Below, piece by piece: positions 59,698 to 64,000 of a stretch of 64,000 bases of DNA. The translations under genes were made by a program, and so were the position numbers. Numbering within the stretch: the stretch's first letter is position 1; the number at the start of each line of letters is the position of its first letter. The notes under the pieces were generated by a model. It was given only the letters and a program-made list of their open reading frames with translations, was not told the origin of the DNA and searched no databases. The stretch is from positions 38,381-102,380 of the IMG/VR virus record IMGVR_UViG_3300032116_000062. One strand, given 5' to 3'. This DNA is from a virus.

Positions 59698-62600
59698 TAA
59701 CATAGTTAGAGAACTTAATTTATCGGGATCCACCGCAAATTTATATTTAAATCATCCTGCAAATTCAGGTATGAGTGATGGATATTGGTATTACTATTCA
59801 TCTAGTGTTGCAAATAATACATTGACAGCAAAAATAAAACCATATAGATGGGGTGAACCATTACCCATTGTAAACGGAGGAAATCATTTAAGTTTAGATG
59901 GAACATCTGCACTTATATCTGAAAGTATAGGGAATAGAACTAGAGTTTTTCATGGTGGTACAATTATAAGAATAGGTTCGGGAATAAATAATGTAACTAG
60001 TCTTGCAGAAGATGATGCATTTTTCTTTTATCACATTGGATCTCTTAATGCATCGGATACTATTGGTTATTGGGATAGAGCGTATTTGGCAGCAGGTTCA
60101 TCCGATTGGGACTATTATCAATACCACCAACATAATCCAAACGTATATCCTGATTATGAAAATGGTCGTTTAACATTTGTAGCAGATGATTATATAAACC
60201 CATCAGATAAAAAATATGGATATGTACAACCTGTATCATTGGTTAGTATGGGAAGTAGGTATCAAAATATTTTATCAAGGATACATCAACCATCTATTGG
60301 TGGTGCACACTCATCACATACGGATTTAAATTTAGGAAGTAGTAATACAAGTGATTATTTTAATGGTGGTATAATCGCAGGAACATCTGATAGATTCCAC
60401 GCATTTTATTTAAGAGCAAGTGGATCTCAATGGGATGTATTTAGCAAAACCTATGTGTTAGCCAGCAATAACTGGACTGCAGAAAATAATCATGGTACAT
60501 ATGATTTGGCAGACCCCACATTTAATCCTATTGTAACAACCGGAACATATAATAATTATCCATTTAGAGCATCTGTAGGTGCACTATCTGGATCATCTAT
60601 AAACGTTCCTGTAATTTATAATGGAACAGCCGGAACATACGATTTGAAAGTATGGAAATTCCCATCAGCAAATACATTACTAACAGCAACGTTGGAAATA
60701 ACAACTATTTTGACAAGTTCAGTTCAAAGACCGGATTGTCACTTACATTATGTGAATGGTTATTTGACAGCGGTTGTTTCTGATGTAAATAATGGTGGAG
60801 TTGATTACTATAAATATTCTGGAAGTAATTGGGTAAATGAGGGTAGTGTTGTAACAAATGGTAAAAATGAAGTTGTTAGAATACATGGATATGACTTTAA
60901 TACCGCTGATTCTAAATATTATGTATTATTATCCGGAGAGGTATCAGGATCTGGACCAGGAGCATATAGTGGTAGTTATAGTGGTAGTGGAGTATATAGT
61001 TTTAGTGATACTCAACCATTTGATGGATATAAGCATCTATCATTCCAAACAGGAAGTTATGGATTTATAACAAGAAATGCATTACAATCTGGATATTTAA
61101 AAATAATAGAAACGGATGGTAGTTTGGAATACAAATCAGGATCAGAACCACAAAGTATTGCTGATACCGAACAAATATTACAATACGATATATCATCTCC
61201 ACAATTTATAGATAGGAAGGAAACGGATACTACCGGAGATGGATATTTTTACGATGGAATACAATTAAGTGATGGTAGACTTATTTTTGTAGGAAATACA
61301 GAATATAACGATGGTAATGTTGGTGGTAAAGATTTATTGATGGCAATATATCCACAGAGTGAAGGAGAGCGTGATGAGTTTTATGCGGCCGGAACTACAG
61401 GTGATGAATACTTTACATCGATTGTTGAAGATACATCCAATAAAACATTATGGATGACGGGATATACAAAAGGATATCTTGCACAAAAAAGAGATATAAA
61501 AGTACATGGATTTGGTAGAGGAATAGTAGATGGTGCAAGTTCACTTCAATGGGATGATATTAAAATAGATACTGATGGAAATCAATATTTAGTTGGATAT
61601 CATAATACAAATGAAAACATTGTAGCCGCAAAATATGATTATAATTTTGATTTAGTTTGGCAAAAGAATATAAATGCATCGGGATCTGCAAACACAGGAT
61701 CGTCTGCAGCATTAGATTCATCCGGAAGTATTTACATAGCAGCATCAACAAGAGATACTGGATCGGGTGGTGTTGATGCGTTCATTGCTAAATTAAATCA
61801 AAGTGGAAGTATACTTTGGTCCAGAGCATATGGAACATCTGCAAATCAATACGCATCATCGATAGATGTTGTTTCCAAATCCTCAACGGAGTACATTGTT
61901 GTTCCTGTTGTTAGTGGATCATCAACTACCGTTTTAGTTTTAAATCAAAATGGTGGAATAGTAGAGCAAAATACATATTCGGATTTTGTAGTGAACAAAG
62001 TTAGAAAGTCTGATAGTGAAACCGATGGATTTTTCTTACTTGCAGGTAGAGATAGTGCTACACCATCAAAAGCAAAGTTTGCAAAAGGACAAATTCAGCC
62101 GACAGGAAATATGATAAAGTGGATGCAAACGTATTCAACAGGTACAACCGCAAGTATTGCGTATGATATAAAAAATACAGAGAGTGCATCTATTGCGGGT
62201 GGATTGGGATCATTAACGGGTCCTAGATATGTAGTTGTAGGTAAGGATGGTAATAATGCATTTGCTTTAAAATTCGTAGTAGATGAAAGTGCAGGAACAT
62301 TTCAATCAACAAAAGTTTGGGGAAGAAACTTAACATCTGCATCTTTTAATTCTGTGGAAGTTGAACCATATACCGAAAGTGGAAGTAGGTACGTTTATGC
62401 AGTTGGATTCACCAGTGCATCTGCCGAAGGACAGGGTGGTGCTGAAGGTCTTATTGTTAAGTTTGATAACACCGGAAGTAGAGTATGGACTAATACATTA
62501 GGACACACATCCGATGAAAAATTATTATCAATAACAAATGATGTTACAAATAATAATATAATAAGTGCAGGATGGTCGGAATCTCATTCAAATGGTAGAA

Positions 62601-63871
62601 GAACGTTTATATTTAGAAGTGATAAAAGTGGATTCGGAACAGGTAACTATCATTTAGATGGATTTCCTGGTATGCAAATGTGGTACGCATCTAGTTCTCT
62701 ATCAACCAATTTAGTTACAGGTTCATTGGGTACAATATCATCACCATCAAATACTGCAGGTACTTTGGTATTGGTTAGTGGTAGTTTTGAATCAACGGAT
62801 GGTGTTTATAGTCAAGAAATTTATGATGGTGGTACTATATGGGATATGTTTATTGCAAAATTAAATTTAGAATCTTTACAACAACACAAAAATACCGCAG
62901 AACATAAATTGGATTTAACTGATCAGTATCCATCTGCAGAATACATAGATGATTTGTTTACATTTTATCAATTTGGAGCAGCTGGAGATGGTGTGGCAGA
63001 TGACGGAAACTTTTTTGGATATGATATATTGATAATGAGTGGAAGTCGTGATATATTTGTTACGGGACAAACATCTGGAGAAATTGCAAAAAATAATTTG
63101 GGTGGATCTGGTGTATATGATTATATACTTACAAGATTTAACCCAACGACCGAAGAGTGGGAATTTTATCAAAACGGAACATCTGCAGACGAGGAAACAT
63201 ATGCTGCAACCGAAATATCAGATGGTAGTGGTAGTATTGCATTTGTTGGTAGGACTACCGGCATATTAGGAGGAGCCAGCCAGGGTGGTTATGATATATT
63301 TTTAGGAATATATAATCCGATTACAGATGATATAAATTATTATCAAACAGGATCACTTGCAGATGATAGAGCGGTTAATGTACATAATGTTGGTAATAAT
63401 GAAATCGCAATTGTTTATGAAACATCGGATAAAATAACATCAGATGCAGTTGCCGCTGGAGGTATTGATATTGGTGTAATTAAATTTAATTATAGTAGTT
63501 CTTTATGGTCAACATCATCGTATCAAGCTGGTACAAATTTAGATGAAATACTATCTAACGATGGTAAACCATCATTGTATTTAAGCGATAACAGAATTGC
63601 AATAGTCGGAAGAACTCTTGGTGTATTTTCGGATGATTCGACCGTTTATGGAAATAATGATATGTTTTTGGGTTTGTTGGATTTAAACACAGGTACATAT
63701 AAAAAATACCAAATAGGTACGGGTGCAAATGAAACTGCAACTTGTGTATTCTATTTAGGAGGAGGAAAAATATGTATAGGAGGGTATAATGATGGATCGT
63801 TTACTGGCAACACAAATGCGGTGTTTACCAAATTTGATACCATAATATCATTAAAAGGTAAGTCACAATAA
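59687..63871 (+). CDS. Large multi-beta-propeller (SBBP-like) virion protein
   Basis: Repeated DSSGSIYIA/DAFIAKL/WSRAYG, GxT.G...YDI blades. Confidence 0.75.
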   Translation: MAISNIVRELNLSGSTANLYLNHPANSGMSDGYWYYYSSSVANNTLTAKIKPYRWGEPLPIVNGGNHLSLDGTSALISESIGNRTRVFHGGTIIRIGSGINNVTSLAEDDAFFFYHIGSLNASDTIGYWDRAYLAAGSSDWDYYQYHQHNPNVYPDYENGRLTFVADDYINPSDKKYGYVQPVSLVSMGSRYQNILSRIHQPSIGGAHSSHTDLNLGSSNTSDYFNGGIIAGTSDRFHAFYLRASGSQWDVFSKTYVLASNNWTAENNHGTYDLADPTFNPIVTTGTYNNYPFRASVGALSGSSINVPVIYNGTAGTYDLKVWKFPSANTLLTATLEITTILTSSVQRPDCHLHYVNGYLTAVVSDVNNGGVDYYKYSGSNWVNEGSVVTNGKNEVVRIHGYDFNTADSKYYVLLSGEVSGSGPGAYSGSYSGSGVYSFSDTQPFDGYKHLSFQTGSYGFITRNALQSGYLKIIETDGSLEYKSGSEPQSIADTEQILQYDISSPQFIDRKETDTTGDGYFYDGIQLSDGRLIFVGNTEYNDGNVGGKDLLMAIYPQSEGERDEFYAAGTTGDEYFTSIVEDTSNKTLWMTGYTKGYLAQKRDIKVHGFGRGIVDGASSLQWDDIKIDTDGNQYLVGYHNTNENIVAAKYDYNFDLVWQKNINASGSANTGSSAALDSSGSIYIAASTRDTGSGGVDAFIAKLNQSGSILWSRAYGTSANQYASSIDVVSKSSTEYIVVPVVSGSSTTVLVLNQNGGIVEQNTYSDFVVNKVRKSDSETDGFFLLAGRDSATPSKAKFAKGQIQPTGNMIKWMQTYSTGTTASIAYDIKNTESASIAGGLGSLTGPRYVVVGKDGNNAFALKFVVDESAGTFQSTKVWGRNLTSASFNSVEVEPYTESGSRYVYAVGFTSASAEGQGGAEGLIVKFDNTGSRVWTNTLGHTSDEKLLSITNDVTNNNIISAGWSESHSNGRRTFIFRSDKSGFGTGNYHLDGFPGMQMWYASSSLSTNLVTGSLGTISSPSNTAGTLVLVSGSFESTDGVYSQEIYDGGTIWDMFIAKLNLESLQQHKNTAEHKLDLTDQYPSAEYIDDLFTFYQFGAAGDGVADDGNFFGYDILIMSGSRDIFVTGQTSGEIAKNNLGGSGVYDYILTRFNPTTEEWEFYQNGTSADEETYAATEISDGSGSIAFVGRTTGILGGASQGGYDIFLGIYNPITDDINYYQTGSLADDRAVNVHNVGNNEIAIVYETSDKITSDAVAAGGIDIGVIKFNYSSSLWSTSSYQAGTNLDEILSNDGKPSLYLSDNRIAIVGRTLGVFSDDSTVYGNNDMFLGLLDLNTGTYKKYQIGTGANETATCVFYLGGGKICIGGYNDGSFTGNTNAVFTKFDTIISLKGKSQ

Positions 63872-63891
63872 CATATTTTATAATTAAAAGA

Positions 63892-63899
63892 TATTTATA
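63892..63899 (+). promoter_or_regulatory. Putative late promoter TATTTATA
   Basis: Intergenic, upstream of ATG 63918. Confidence 0.55.
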
Positions 63900-63917
63900 C
63901 AAAACATTAATAGGTAG

Positions 63918-64000
63918 ATGGCCACTATATTTCAATTAAGAAGAGGTAGTAATCCAGCTTCACCAACATTGGTAGAGGGTGAATTATATTTAAATAATGC
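63918..64000 (+). CDS. Start of another Mtd-N-like fibre gene (3'-truncated)
   Basis: MATIFQLRRGSNPASPTLVEGELYLNN. Confidence 0.7.
   Translation, partial: MATIFQLRRGSNPASPTLVEGELYLNN

Noticed and set aside
786-63740. Many minus-strand and nested short ORFs in the track
   Set aside because: All overlap long, motif-bearing plus-strand genes and look like antisense shadows
48813-64000. Diversity-generating retroelement suggested by Mtd-N-like domains
   Set aside because: No reverse transcriptase or adenine-specific TR/VR pair seen in this window
1-64000. Stop-codon reassignment
   Set aside because: Genes are full length in code 11; TGA and TAG act as real stops, mostly in gene overlaps

Overview
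AT-rich, entirely plus-strand, tightly packed segment of a large T4-like (gp17/gp20/gp21/gp22/gp23-type) tailed phage. The host is probably Bacteroidota: there are TTTG-N20-TATATT promoter-like sites and almost no Shine-Dalgarno sequences. Three blocks: (1) 1-25.4 kb, about 30 glycan synthesis and tailoring genes (GT4, GT2, two GT7-lectin fusions, radical SAM, four 'SGQxR' paralogs, four SGNH paralogs, cupin-NTase-kinase, AroE-like, GatZ-like, HAD, RmlC, three SDRs, minimal TPP E1 alpha/beta); (2) 25.5-43.5 kb, head module with many probable internal or ejected proteins carrying (L/I/V)-x-E maturation sites, including polyproteins and an apparent -1 programmed frameshift (A_AAA_AAG plus stem-loop); (3) 43.5-64 kb, neck and fibre or appendage genes with heptad-cassette repeats. 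Best candidate for a new system: phage-encoded virion glycosylation, where the glycan cluster is paired with a pervasive [S/T]-[G/A/S]-S tripeptide found mainly in exterior virion proteins. No tRNA, rRNA, CRISPR array or mobile element was seen. All calls are from motif recognition by eye; no searches were run.
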